The position numbers and the translations under genes were made by a program. A stretch of 64,000 bases of DNA from an uncultured Actinomycetota bacterium (lineage in GTDB: Bacteria; Actinomycetota; Actinomycetes; Mycobacteriales; Mycobacteriaceae). The stretch's first letter is position 1. Every line of letters starts with the position of its first letter. The DNA is taken from NCBI GenBank assembly GCA_963770305.1, contig CAVYPB010000024.1:10543-74542 (forward strand), given 5' to 3'. Below the pieces are notes generated by a model. That model saw nothing but the letters and a program-made list of their open reading frames with translations, did no database searches and had not been told where the DNA came from. This document shows positions 10,115-19,685 of this stretch, piece by piece.

Positions 10115-10704
10115 GAAAGATCGCTGGCATGCGTGCCGACAGCAAGCGGGAATCACTGGACAAGATCCTGGACGCCGCGGCGCGCCGGATCCGCGAGGAA
10201 GGTCTCGACGGCGCGGCGATCGTTCCGGTGATGCGCGATGCCGGGCTCACACACGGGGCGTTCTATTCGCACTTCTCGAGCAAGGACGACCTGGCAAGCG
10301 CGGCCTTCGGGCGGGCGATCACCACAGGCCGCCGCCATTGGATCAAGCCGATGCGCGGCGAGTCGTGGAGCGCGCGGCGGACGGGCCTGGCCAAGCACTA
10401 CCTGACCACCGCCCACCGCGACGACTTGTCCACCAGTTGCGGTTTCGCAACGCTCAGTTCGGATGCCGCGCACGCTTCCGATCAGTTCCGGGCGAGCTAC
10501 GAGCACGAATTGCGCACGTCGCTGGCCGCGATCTGCGGCGACGACGAATCCAATGATCGGCTCGACGATGCCATCGCGCTAATGGCGGTGTGCGTCGGCG
10601 GGATGGCGCTGTCCCGCGCTGTCGCAGACCCAAAGTTCTCGACACGAATCCTTCGGGTGGCAAGGCAGGCCGCCGCCAAACTCTCAGCCGACCGACCAGA
10701 TTGA
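10099..10704 (+). CDS. TetR/AcrR family transcriptional regulator
   Basis: HTH '[22 protein letters not shown]'; 10 bp upstream of dhaA. Confidence 0.88.
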   Translation: MMPIMRKIAGMRADSKRESLDKILDAAARRIREEGLDGAAIVPVMRDAGLTHGAFYSHFSSKDDLASAAFGRAITTGRRHWIKPMRGESWSARRTGLAKHYLTTAHRDDLSTSCGFATLSSDAAHASDQFRASYEHELRTSLAAICGDDESNDRLDDAIALMAVCVGGMALSRAVADPKFSTRILRVARQAAAKLSADRPD

Positions 10705-10714
10705 GGAGACAGCG

Positions 10715-11638
10715 ATGCCAGGAGCCAAGCCCTATGGGCAGCTGCAGTACAAAGAGGTCAAGGGCAAGCGGATGGCCTATATCGATGAAGGCGAGGGTTC
10801 CGAAAAATGGACGATCGTCTTCCAGCACGGCAACCCGACTTCGTCGTATCTGTGGCGGAACGTGATGCCGCACCTCGAAGGGCTGGGCAGGCTCGTCGCG
10901 TGCGATCTGATCGGCATGGGAGGGTCGGACAAGCTGGACGACTCCGGACCGGATCGCTACCACTACGCCGAACAGCGTGACTACCTGTTCGCGCTGTGGG
11001 ACCAACTCGAGCTGGGCGACAGGGTGATTCTCGTGCTGCACGACTGGGGTTCGGTGCTGGGCTTCGACTGGGCCAACCAACACCGCGACCGCGTGGCTGG
11101 CATCGCGTACATGGAAGCCATTGCCATGCCGGTCAATTGGGACGATTGGCCCGACCCAGGCCGTCGCGTCTTCCAAGGCTTCCGCTCGCCAGAGGGCGAA
11201 GCGATGGTGCTCGATAAGAACATCTTCGTTGAGCGCGTGCTGCCCGGTTCCATCCAGCGCCAACTTACCGACGAGGAGATGGAAAACTACCGCGAACCGT
11301 TCCGCAATCCCGGCGAGGATCGTCGGCCGACACTGTCGTGGCCGCGCAACATTCCGATCGAGGGCGAGCCTGCCGACGTCGTCGCCATCGTTGAGGAGTA
11401 TGGGAAGTGGCTGGCGCAAAGTGATGTGCCCAAGCTCTTCATCAACGCCGACCCTGGTTCGATAGTGCGTGGCCGCGTCCGCGATTTCATCCGAAGCTGG
11501 CCCAACCAGACCGAAGTCACCGTGCCCGGTGTGCATTTCCTCCAGGAGGACAGTCCCGACGAAATCGGCGCGGCCGTTGCGTCGTTCGTCCGCGCGGTGC
11601 GTTCAACTCTTAAGGCCGAGCCTCGAACACGAGGTTGA
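10715..11638 (+). CDS. dhaA: Haloalkane dehalogenase (LinB/DhaA type)
   Basis: [14 protein letters not shown], nucleophile motif [14 protein letters not shown]; syntenic with Rv2579. Confidence 0.92.
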   Translation: MPGAKPYGQLQYKEVKGKRMAYIDEGEGSEKWTIVFQHGNPTSSYLWRNVMPHLEGLGRLVACDLIGMGGSDKLDDSGPDRYHYAEQRDYLFALWDQLELGDRVILVLHDWGSVLGFDWANQHRDRVAGIAYMEAIAMPVNWDDWPDPGRRVFQGFRSPEGEAMVLDKNIFVERVLPGSIQRQLTDEEMENYREPFRNPGEDRRPTLSWPRNIPIEGEPADVVAIVEEYGKWLAQSDVPKLFINADPGSIVRGRVRDFIRSWPNQTEVTVPGVHFLQEDSPDEIGAAVASFVRAVRSTLKAEPRTRG

Positions 11639-12662
11639 ACGGAGTCTCCGTGGCGCGACGGAACCGACTGAAGCCGCCGCCGTCCACCATCACATCCGTG
11701 AGCCGCGCCTCACCCGCCTGGGCCCCGAGCGCCGGACCATGCTGAGCGAGTGAGACGGGTACGCAGATGAGCGAGGACGCCCCATAGAACACCCGGCCGA
11801 CGGGATTCAGATTGTCCGACAGGCTATCCCCCGCGAACGGCTCGACCAACATGCAATGGCCATCGGGTTTCAGCGCCTGCCTCGCATGACGGGCCGCGCC
11901 TGCCGGATTGGCCATGTCGTGCAGGCAGTCGAAGAAGGCGATCAGGTCGTAATCGCCGCCCTCGTATGACGTCGCGTCGGCCACCTCGAAGCTTGCGTTG
12001 GTGACGCCCGCTTCCGCGGCATGCTCGCGCGCGGTCTCGATCGACGCGTCGTGGTAGTCGATGCCGACGAACTGCGAATCTGGAAACGTCTGTGCCATCA
12101 GAATTGTCGACACGCCGTGCCCGCAGCCCACATCGGCGACGCGCCCTCCGGCGTTGAGCTTCTCGACGACACCGTCGAGTGCGGGCAGCCAGTCCGACAC
12201 CAGGCTTGCGTTGTACCCGGCCCTGAAGAACCGTTCGGTGCCTCGGAACAGGCACGGGTGGTGCTCTCCCCACTCCATGCCTGCGCCGCTTCGGAAGTTC
12301 TCCACGGCCCGCTGCTTAACCTGGAAGAGGTCCTCCACGATCGAGTAGCCGCCCGGCAGATCCATCGGTCCGTTCGGACTCGCCAGGCACAACGCCTGTT
12401 CTTCGCTCAGGTAGTACTCGCCGCTCCCGCTGTCGTACTCGACGTATCCGCCCGCGGCCTGATTGCCGAGCCATTCGCGCACGTACCGCTCATTGGTGCC
12501 GGTGCGCTTCGCGAGGTCCTCGGCGGACAACCGGCCTTCGGCCAGGGCCGAATACAGCCCCAGTTCATCGCCGATCAACACCAGCACCGCGCTCATCGCC
12601 GCGCCGAGATCGCCTACTGCCTTGCCCACAAACGCGTTGAGCTTGTCTTCATCGACGGCCAT
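11610..12662 (-). CDS. Class I SAM-dependent methyltransferase with N-terminal winged helix (Rv2258c-like)
   Basis: Motif [10 protein letters not shown], '[11 protein letters not shown]', '[14 protein letters not shown]'; 3' end overlaps dhaA by 29 bp. Confidence 0.88.
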   Translation of the reverse strand: MAVDEDKLNAFVGKAVGDLGAAMSAVLVLIGDELGLYSALAEGRLSAEDLAKRTGTNERYVREWLGNQAAGGYVEYDSGSGEYYLSEEQALCLASPNGPMDLPGGYSIVEDLFQVKQRAVENFRSGAGMEWGEHHPCLFRGTERFFRAGYNASLVSDWLPALDGVVEKLNAGGRVADVGCGHGVSTILMAQTFPDSQFVGIDYHDASIETAREHAAEAGVTNASFEVADATSYEGGDYDLIAFFDCLHDMANPAGAARHARQALKPDGHCMLVEPFAGDSLSDNLNPVGRVFYGASSLICVPVSLAQHGPALGAQAGEARLTDVMVDGGGFSRFRRATETPFNLVFEARP

Positions 12663-12808
12663 CGCCAGCTCCTTTGCCAAGGACGCTGCTTTGCGTCGCT
12701 TAGGAAGCTACTCGCAGTCCCACCCGACGGCGGACGTTTGAGCTGGCAGACGACCAGATGCTTGACTTATCACCATGCCTGGGTCTATGTCTTCGCGAGG
12801 TAGCTGAG

Positions 12809-13234
12809 TTAGATCGGAGCGCCAGGAAGCTTGCACTGCAGGTTGTAAGGAGCGTCCTGCTGCACGACCACCTGACCGTCGACGGCGATGTCGCAGTGAG
12901 GATTCGGCGCTGCCTGTCCGCCGTGCGTGGTGCTGCTCACGGTAAAGATCGCCCATTGCGGGTCCGCGAGCGTGGTTTCGAACACCCATGGCACACCCGG
13001 CGCCAGGGTCACCTGCTCCTTCTTCACGAAAGCGTACGCGTCGGCGTTATAGGCCGCCTTGCTCGGAGGTTGAGTGGTCAGATAAAAGAGGTCGAAATCC
13101 GCGGGTCCTGCCGCGGTGAGCGTATACCGGACCTGGTGACCGGCAGGCTCGGCGTTCGCCGTGGCCTGGCCGACTGCAATTGACGCAGCCGCCACCATGA
13201 ACGCCGCTCCGACCCTGGCTGTCCTTGTTCGCAT
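12809..13234 (-). CDS. Secreted mycobacterial protein with an MmpS-like beta-rich domain
   Basis: Signal peptide MRTRTARVGAAFMVAAASIAVGQATANA; 'VRYTL...HCDIAVDGQVV...C'. Confidence 0.7.
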   Translation of the reverse strand: MRTRTARVGAAFMVAAASIAVGQATANAEPAGHQVRYTLTAAGPADFDLFYLTTQPPSKAAYNADAYAFVKKEQVTLAPGVPWVFETTLADPQWAIFTVSSTTHGGQAAPNPHCDIAVDGQVVVQQDAPYNLQCKLPGAPI

Positions 13235-13368
13235 GACCGTCACATCGCCGCACGCTACCCGATCGTTACAACTGGGACATGACCGGCTATTCGTCGAACT
13301 CACAAACTTGCTTTTGCTAGGAACACGCCCGTGATGACTGCGAAACAAGCCGGTCTTAATTTCGCTGC

Positions 13369-15030
13369 ATGACACAAGAGCTCAGCAAGGAGCCGCTGAA
13401 CGAGATCGTCGAGGCTGACCTCGACACGATGACCGCCACCAAGGAAACCTTGGAGGACTACACGCTGCGTTTTGCACCGCGGAGTTACCGGAAGTGGTCG
13501 ACCCGGGTCGTCGGCATTTCCGCATTGGGCGGCATCGCGTATCTCGCCGACTTTGCGATCGGCGCCAATGTCGGTATCTCGTACGGCACTACCAATGCCC
13601 TGTGGGGCATCTTGATCTTTGCGATTGTCATCTTTCTGACTGGTTTCCCGGTGGCCTATTACTCCGCGCGCTACAACATCGACCTCGACCTCGTCACGCG
13701 CGGTAGCGGATTCGGCTACTACGGCTCGGTGGTCACCAACGTCATTTTCGCGACGTTCACTTTCATCTTTTTCGCGCTCGAAGGCTCGATCATGGCCCAG
13801 GGCCTCAAACTCGGGCTGCACATCCCGTTGTGGCTGGGCTACGCCGCGTCGACGCTGATCATCTTCCCGCTGGTGATCTACGGCATGAAAGTGCTCTCGA
13901 CACTGCAGGTCTGGACGACGCCGCTATGGCTGATCCTGATGGTGGCGCCGTTCGTGTACCTGGTCGTCAGCCACCCCGACTCGGTCAGCCAGTTCTTCGC
14001 CTACCAGGGTGAGAGCGGCAAGAGTGGGTTCGCTCTCGGTTCGACGCTGCTGGCTGCGGGCGTGTGCCTTTCGCTGATCGCCCAAATCGCCGAGCAGAAC
14101 GACTACCTGCGCTTCATGCCGCCGCAGACTCCGGAGAACAAGCGCAGCTGGTGGACGTGGCTGATCCTGGCCGGCCCCGGTTGGGTGTTCTTCGGCGCCA
14201 TCAAGCAGATCGTCGGGTTGTTCTTGGCGGTGTACCTAATCGCGAACGTGGCTGACAGCGCAGGCATCGCCAATCAACCGGTGCACCAGTTCCTGGAGAT
14301 CTACCAGAACTTCCTGCCCGGCTGGCTGGCCATGACCCTGGCGGTCGTCCTTGTCGTCATTAGCCAAATCAAGATCAACGTGACCAACGCCTACTCCGGT
14401 TCGCTGGCGTGGACCAACTCCTTCACCCGCGTCACCAAGCACTACCCGGGACGCATCGTGTTTCTCGGCGTCAATCTGTTGATCGCGCTGATCCTCATGG
14501 AAGCCGACATGTTCAGCTTCCTCAACACGATTCTGGGCTTCTACGCCAACTGCGGTATGGCCTGGGTCGTGGTGGTCGCGTCCGACATCGTGTTCAACAA
14601 GTACCTGTTGAAACTGTCGCCGATGAAGCCGGAATTCCGTCGCGGCATGCTGTATGCGTTCAACCCGGTGGGCTTTGGCTCGATGCTCGTCGCCGCAGGC
14701 CTGTCGGTGATCGCCTTCTTCGGTGGACTCGGTGAGGCCATCCGGCCCTACTCGCCGCTGGTGGCGATCGGTTTGGCTCTGGTTTTGCCGCCCATCCTCG
14801 CGATCGCGACCAAAGGAAAGTACTACCTGCGTCGCACCGACGACGGGATCGAGCTGCCCATGTACGACGAGTTCGGCAACCCGTCGGGCGAGCACTTGAA
14901 ATGTCATAGTTGCCATCACGATTACGAACGGCCGGACATGATGAAGTGCGAAACGCACGATGCGCACGTGTGCTCGTTATGCCTGAGCACCGACAAGGTG
15001 GCAGACCACGTGCTTCCCGTGCAGACGTAG
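13369..15030 (+). CDS. Purine-cytosine/allantoin permease-like (NCS1-related) membrane protein with a Cys/His-rich C-terminal tail
   Basis: About 12 hydrophobic segments; 'ETLEDYTLRF', 'DLVTRGSGFG', 'QIKINVTNAYSGSLAW'; tail CHSC...CETH...CSLC...H. Confidence 0.85.
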   Translation: MTQELSKEPLNEIVEADLDTMTATKETLEDYTLRFAPRSYRKWSTRVVGISALGGIAYLADFAIGANVGISYGTTNALWGILIFAIVIFLTGFPVAYYSARYNIDLDLVTRGSGFGYYGSVVTNVIFATFTFIFFALEGSIMAQGLKLGLHIPLWLGYAASTLIIFPLVIYGMKVLSTLQVWTTPLWLILMVAPFVYLVVSHPDSVSQFFAYQGESGKSGFALGSTLLAAGVCLSLIAQIAEQNDYLRFMPPQTPENKRSWWTWLILAGPGWVFFGAIKQIVGLFLAVYLIANVADSAGIANQPVHQFLEIYQNFLPGWLAMTLAVVLVVISQIKINVTNAYSGSLAWTNSFTRVTKHYPGRIVFLGVNLLIALILMEADMFSFLNTILGFYANCGMAWVVVVASDIVFNKYLLKLSPMKPEFRRGMLYAFNPVGFGSMLVAAGLSVIAFFGGLGEAIRPYSPLVAIGLALVLPPILAIATKGKYYLRRTDDGIELPMYDEFGNPSGEHLKCHSCHHDYERPDMMKCETHDAHVCSLCLSTDKVADHVLPVQT

Positions 15031-15081
15031 CCGGGACGCGGCGTGGCCCGCTGCAGACGCACCGGGGTGTGAGACGTGGCA

Positions 15082-15108
15082 CACAGAGGTGAATAATTCT
15101 GCTCTGTG
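15082..15108. promoter_or_regulatory. Inverted repeat spanning an AT-rich core and the GTG start of the catalase-like gene
   Basis: CACAGAG (15082-15088) and CTCTGTG (15102-15108) flank GTGAATAATTCTG. Confidence 0.4.
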
Positions 15109-16179
15109 GCGCGTCTTCTAGGCGTGGAGGTGAATCGGCGGTCCGTGCTGCTCGGCCTCGGAGCAGTGGGCGCGTTCCTCGCCGTTGACCTCGGCGCCGT
15201 CGCCTTTGCCAACAAGTGGATAGGCGGGAACAACTCGTTGACCCGCGAGACATTCCTCGCCGCCTTCCGCTCAGTGTGGGGACCCCATCTCGGGTTCCGC
15301 AAGAATCACGCAAAGGGCGTCGTTGTCACCGGGCATTTCGACAGCAACGGAAACGGCACCGAGCTATCCCGCGCAGCGGTCTTCCGGCCGGGACGGTCGT
15401 CTGTGACCGGGCGCTTCTCGCTCAGCGGCGGCGATCCGAACGTCGTTGACACACCGGCGACGGCGCGCGGCCTCGGGCTGGCATTCGCATTTCCCGACGG
15501 CACGCAATGGCGGTCCGCCTTGCTGAATCTTCCTGTCTTCCCCGATAACTCGGCGCAGGGTTTCTACGACCGGCTGTTGGCACAGAAAATCGTGAGTGAG
15601 ACCGGCAAGCCCGACCCGGCTGCGATGCCCGCTTTTCTGGCAGCCCATCCCGAGTCAGCCGCCGCCATGGCGCTAATCAAACAGCATCCACCCACTCGTG
15701 GCTTCGCCGACAGCACCTTCAGCAGTCTGATCACGTTCTTCTTCGTCAACGATGCCGGTGTGCGCACGCCGGTACGCTGGTCGTTCGTTCCGCAACAGCA
15801 GGCGGTGGAGCCGCGGTCCGGTGGGAGAAACATCCTGTTCGACGCGCTGATCCGCCAGATGCGCAACGGCCCACTGCAGTGGCGGCTGATCCTGACGGTC
15901 GGTGCTCCCGGCGATCCAACGACGGACGCCACGCTGCTATGGCCGAGCGACCGCCGCACCGTCGACGCCGGAGTGCTGACGTTGACGGGCATCGAGACCG
16001 AAGACCCCGGCAACGCCCGCGACATCAACTTCGACCCACTGGTGCTGCCCGACGGCATCCAACCGTCCGATGATCCGCTGCTGAACGCGCGGTCGACGAT
16101 CTATGCCGCGTCCTATCGCGCTCGCACCGGTGAACCGAAATCGCCGCCGGCGGTACAGGTGGACAAGGTGACGCCGTGA
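15106..16179 (+). CDS. Catalase-related heme peroxidase (SrpA-like), probably Tat-exported or anchored
   Basis: Twin-arginine-like NRRSVLLG plus a hydrophobic stretch; RKNHAKG (distal His); GRFS; RSTIY (Tyr ligand motif). Confidence 0.9.
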   Translation: MARLLGVEVNRRSVLLGLGAVGAFLAVDLGAVAFANKWIGGNNSLTRETFLAAFRSVWGPHLGFRKNHAKGVVVTGHFDSNGNGTELSRAAVFRPGRSSVTGRFSLSGGDPNVVDTPATARGLGLAFAFPDGTQWRSALLNLPVFPDNSAQGFYDRLLAQKIVSETGKPDPAAMPAFLAAHPESAAAMALIKQHPPTRGFADSTFSSLITFFFVNDAGVRTPVRWSFVPQQQAVEPRSGGRNILFDALIRQMRNGPLQWRLILTVGAPGDPTTDATLLWPSDRRTVDAGVLTLTGIETEDPGNARDINFDPLVLPDGIQPSDDPLLNARSTIYAASYRARTGEPKSPPAVQVDKVTP

Positions 16180-16715
16180 CCGGCCCGATCAGGCGCTATC
16201 CGCTGCGGACCCGAATCCTGCACTGGCTCGTCGCGATTCTGATCTTTTCCATGCTATTCATCGGGTTTGTCATGGTGAGCTGGCTTGGGTCGTATTCGGC
16301 GCTGGTCGGCATCCACATGACACTCGGTGTTGTGATCCTGTGCATCGTCGTGTTGCGCGTGGCGAACAGGTTCACCCATCGCGCCCCCAAGCTTCCGGAC
16401 ACCGTTGGATGGGTTGAGCACAAACTCGTGGTGAGCTCCGAACTCACGTTGTATGCGTTGATGCTGGCCCAGCCGCTGATCGGATGGGCAATGGTGTCTG
16501 CGACTGGCAGGTCGCCGGTCATCTTCGGATCGTTGCGGCTGCCCCGTATCGCGCCGTTCGACGCCGATCTGTTCTTCGTGCTCCGTCAGACCCACTCGGT
16601 GTTGGCGTATGCATTGGTCGCTGTCATTGCCGCGCACGTCAGCGCGGTGCTGCTGCATACGCTGACCCTTCGCGACGGCATGCTGTCCCGCATGGCGTTC
16701 TCACGGCATCGCTAG
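16176..16715 (+). CDS. Cytochrome b561 / Ni-hydrogenase b-type cytochrome subunit family
   Basis: RILHW, GIHMTLG, THSVLA, AAHVSAVLLH heme His pattern; GTGA overlap with the peroxidase gene. Confidence 0.88.
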   Translation: MTGPIRRYPLRTRILHWLVAILIFSMLFIGFVMVSWLGSYSALVGIHMTLGVVILCIVVLRVANRFTHRAPKLPDTVGWVEHKLVVSSELTLYALMLAQPLIGWAMVSATGRSPVIFGSLRLPRIAPFDADLFFVLRQTHSVLAYALVAVIAAHVSAVLLHTLTLRDGMLSRMAFSRHR

Positions 16716-16770
16716 CCGCATCTCCGCGATTCTCGCCATGTTCGCGGCGGCTGATGGCACGCTGCACGAC

Positions 16771-17298
16771 ATGGCCGCACCAGTCGAATCCCGGACGCTC
16801 GCCGACACGGGCGGCCTCGTCGTCACCGATGACGGCCGTCGGGTCCTGGTCTTCGACCGCTGTACGGGTGCGCTGACAGTCTTGGCATTCGTGCTCGGTG
16901 TGCTCACGCTCGTTGCTGGCGGCTTCGGTCTTGTCGCGCTCGTCGCGGGCATTCCCTCACGAGCTCTGGACACGGCCTTCCTGACCGTCGGTCTCGTCCT
17001 TGCGGCTGTGACGTTTGTGGTTGTGCGCAGGATTCGTCGCCGGCGCAGCCAGCCACTGCACGCGTGCCGCCCGGTTGCGGTCATCGACCGCAAGCTGGGG
17101 TTGTTCAGTTACGGCGGCGGAGCGGTGGTGCCGTTGGACCAGGTGCGCTTCGCGCGGAAATTCCAAATCGGTTCGAGCTCACCCAAACTCGTCGCGGTGA
17201 CACAGGGTGGCACGCACGTTCTCAAGCGCGGTAACCCATTCGACGGTGGCGTGGGCAACATCGATGAAATGCTCAATGCCGTTGTGAGGGATGGCTGA
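16771..17298 (+). CDS. Hypothetical membrane protein (two TM segments, cytoplasmic beta domain)
   Basis: Two hydrophobic helices followed by RRIRRRR; typical codon usage. Confidence 0.7.
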   Translation: MAAPVESRTLADTGGLVVTDDGRRVLVFDRCTGALTVLAFVLGVLTLVAGGFGLVALVAGIPSRALDTAFLTVGLVLAAVTFVVVRRIRRRRSQPLHACRPVAVIDRKLGLFSYGGGAVVPLDQVRFARKFQIGSSSPKLVAVTQGGTHVLKRGNPFDGGVGNIDEMLNAVVRDG

Positions 17299-17522
17299 CG
17301 ATTTTGCGGCTCCATCAATGGAGAATCACCTAGCATGACGCGTGCCTCTGCGGTGGCTATACAGCATCGAAGGGTAAAGCGCCGATGACCGTTTACGGTC
17401 CGGGACCAGCAGGGCGGACTGCCGCCGAGCCGAGTCGGCGACCCCGATCCCGCGACGATCGACGCAGGAGACTCAGCGCCGGGGTTGGCCGCCGCCACCG
17501 AAGCGCTGCAGCACGCGTTCGC

Positions 17523-18141
17523 CTATACCAATAACATCTTCATCCGCGCAGTGGATGCGCTGAGCATCACCCCACCGGGCGGCGCTATCGACTCCATCCG
17601 CTGCGCCATCCCCACCTGCTCACCGACGGCGGTGTAACCGAAAGGGCCGGAACCGATTTCACCGGCGATCACCTGGCCCGAGTTCAGTCCGACGCGTAAC
17701 TGGAGGTCCACATCGTGCCGCTCTGCTACTTCGACCGCAAGCCGCTTCGCCTCCTCCTGAACCCCCAACGCAACCAGGGAGGCACGGAAAGCGTGATCCT
17801 CCAACGCGGTTGGCGCGCCGAACACCGCCATCATTCCGTCCCCGGTGAAACTGCCGACCGTGCCGCCGTACCGCTGAACCACAACTGCCGCACGGTTGAC
17901 CAGATCGGTCATGATCTCGCGGAGCCGCTCCGTGCCCACCGCCGTCGCAATGTCCATCGAGTGCACCACGTCGGCGAACAGCACCGTGACCTGCTTGTGC
18001 TCCACCGATCGGGTGGCCGAGGTGACGGGCGTGCCGCACTCACTGCAAAACTTGGCTGTCGGGCTTGACTGCGCGCCGCAGGAACCACAGGAGAACGCCG
18101 TCGCGGTCAGTCCACCGCTACCGTCCCCCGCTGGGGTCCAC
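17523..18141 (-). pseudogene. Truncated, frameshifted zinc ribbon-adenylate cyclase gene (copy A)
   Basis: GTG at 18141 reads MDPSGGR* (G5 run versus G4 in copy B). The shifted frame gives CGSCG...FCSECG-KQVTVLFADVVHS...GEQVGMAQRME and ends abruptly at SASTAR; ATPase and C-terminal domains are absent. Confidence 0.85.
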
Positions 18142-18215
18142 GTCAGTATCGTGTCACCGCTGCTCGGTGATGTCCGTCATATCGCCGTGCCATCTCCGAC
18201 ACGAAGTTTTGAGAC
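18142..18215 (-). repeat. 74-bp conserved upstream leader of cyclase copy A
   Basis: Gap-free alignment to 19686-19759 with 8 mismatches counted by eye; contains CGTGTC-GGAGAT-GGCACG. Confidence 0.85.
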
Positions 18216-18322
18216 CCTCGTATGTCGTCTATCTCGAGACACGGTCAGACCCTCACACCGACACGGGCGCGCGGGTACAACCCGCTTTCCTGAGGGCATG
18301 CTTCCCCCTGAGGGCCCGCACT

Positions 18323-19165
18323 CTAGCGGCCCCTCGCGAGCATGCGAGCGAACGGCAGCAGCATCAGGAACTCGACAATCAAGACGACGGTGATCATCAC
18401 GATGACCTTCGCGTCGTCGAAGTTCTGCCCGGCGACCACGAATGCAGCGGCGGCATTTCTCTGCGCCGTCCCCAGAGCCAGCACCCCCCGGGTGCTCCTT
18501 CCGGGTCCTCCAAGGAGCCACCCGATACCGGCGCAGACCACCGTGTACACGACGGCGGCCAGGACGCCGAAGGTGCCGAATACCGACAGGACACTCTTGA
18601 AGTGGCCGGCCGTGGTCAACACCACCACGAGGATCATGCTGATGTTGGAGATCCACCCAACCGTGGGTCGGATGCGATCGGACGCGCCCGGGCGGCGAGC
18701 CCGGATCAGGAGACCCACGGCCAGCGGGAGGAGCATCAACACGACGAGCGACCGCGCGATCTTCACCGGGTTCACCGTGATTCCCTCGAGGAACAACGGC
18801 AGAGCGACGGGCAGGTAGCCCACGGTGACGACCATCAGCAGCACCATCAGGCCCACAGCGAAGGCCAGATCGGCCTTGGCGAACTCCGCGAGCTTGATCA
18901 GAAACGGCGCCCCCGCCGCCAGCCCGCACAGCAGCAGGCCGATCCCCAGCGGCTCGTCGAGACCGAGCACCCGCCAGAGCCCGAGCGCTACCAGGGGCGC
19001 CAGGACGAAGTTCGCCGCGAGGGACAGCACGACCAGCCGGGCGTTCTTGAGCGGGGCCAGGATCTGGCCGACGGCCAGACTCAGGCCAACACCCAGCGTG
19101 CTCGACACCACGAAGACGACGACGGCCACGCTCGAGCCCCGGATCAGCAGGTCGGTCAGCGCCAT
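18323..19165 (-). CDS. Bile acid:sodium symporter (BASS/Acr3-like) family transporter
   Basis: About 9-10 TM helices; LAANFVLAP, CGLAAGAP and TAQRNAAAA motifs; RBS-like GAAAGG upstream. Confidence 0.85.
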   Translation of the reverse strand: MALTDLLIRGSSVAVVVFVVSSTLGVGLSLAVGQILAPLKNARLVVLSLAANFVLAPLVALGLWRVLGLDEPLGIGLLLCGLAAGAPFLIKLAEFAKADLAFAVGLMVLLMVVTVGYLPVALPLFLEGITVNPVKIARSLVVLMLLPLAVGLLIRARRPGASDRIRPTVGWISNISMILVVVLTTAGHFKSVLSVFGTFGVLAAVVYTVVCAGIGWLLGGPGRSTRGVLALGTAQRNAAAAFVVAGQNFDDAKVIVMITVVLIVEFLMLLPFARMLARGR

Positions 19166-19199
19166 CGTCGCCGCCTTTCGTCACTTCATTGCGTAGGAG

Positions 19200-19685
19200 T
19201 CAGTCGGCCAGCGCCGCGCTGGCCGCGCTCGACATTGCCGCCACGGGCTTATCGGACCCCTTGATCCGAACCAGCTCGGCATCGCCCAGGGCCGCCATGC
19301 CATCAACCAACCGCGCGGTAGACGCGCTAAGCATCACCCCACCCGACGGAGTGACCGACTCCATCCGCTGCGCCATCCCCACCTGCTCGCCAACGGCGGT
19401 GTAACCGAAAGGGCCGGAACCGATTTCACCGGCGATCCCCTGGCCCGAGTTCAGGCCTACCCGCAACTGCAGCTCGACACCGTCGTGCTCTCGGACGTCC
19501 ATCGAATGCACCACATCGGCGAACAACACCATCACCTGCTTGTACTCCGCCGATCGAGTGGCCGGAGCAAGAGCCGTACCGCACTCGCTACAGAACTTGG
19601 CCGTCGGGCTTGACTGCGCGCCGCAGGAACCACAGAACCGCCCCCTCGCGGTCAGCCCACGGCCACCATCCCCGCTGCGGTCCAC
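19200..19685 (-). pseudogene. Internally deleted, 3'-truncated zinc ribbon-adenylate cyclase gene (copy B)
   Basis: CGSCG...FCSECG, then FADVVHSMD fused directly to VREHDGVELQLRVGLNSG (the KFTGDG segment is missing); ends at KPVAA plus an unrelated tail. Confidence 0.85.

Noticed and set aside
18186-18203. Leader inverted repeat as a CRP site, which would suit a cyclase gene
   Set aside because: GTG and CAC are 10 bp apart here, whereas the CRP consensus has 8.
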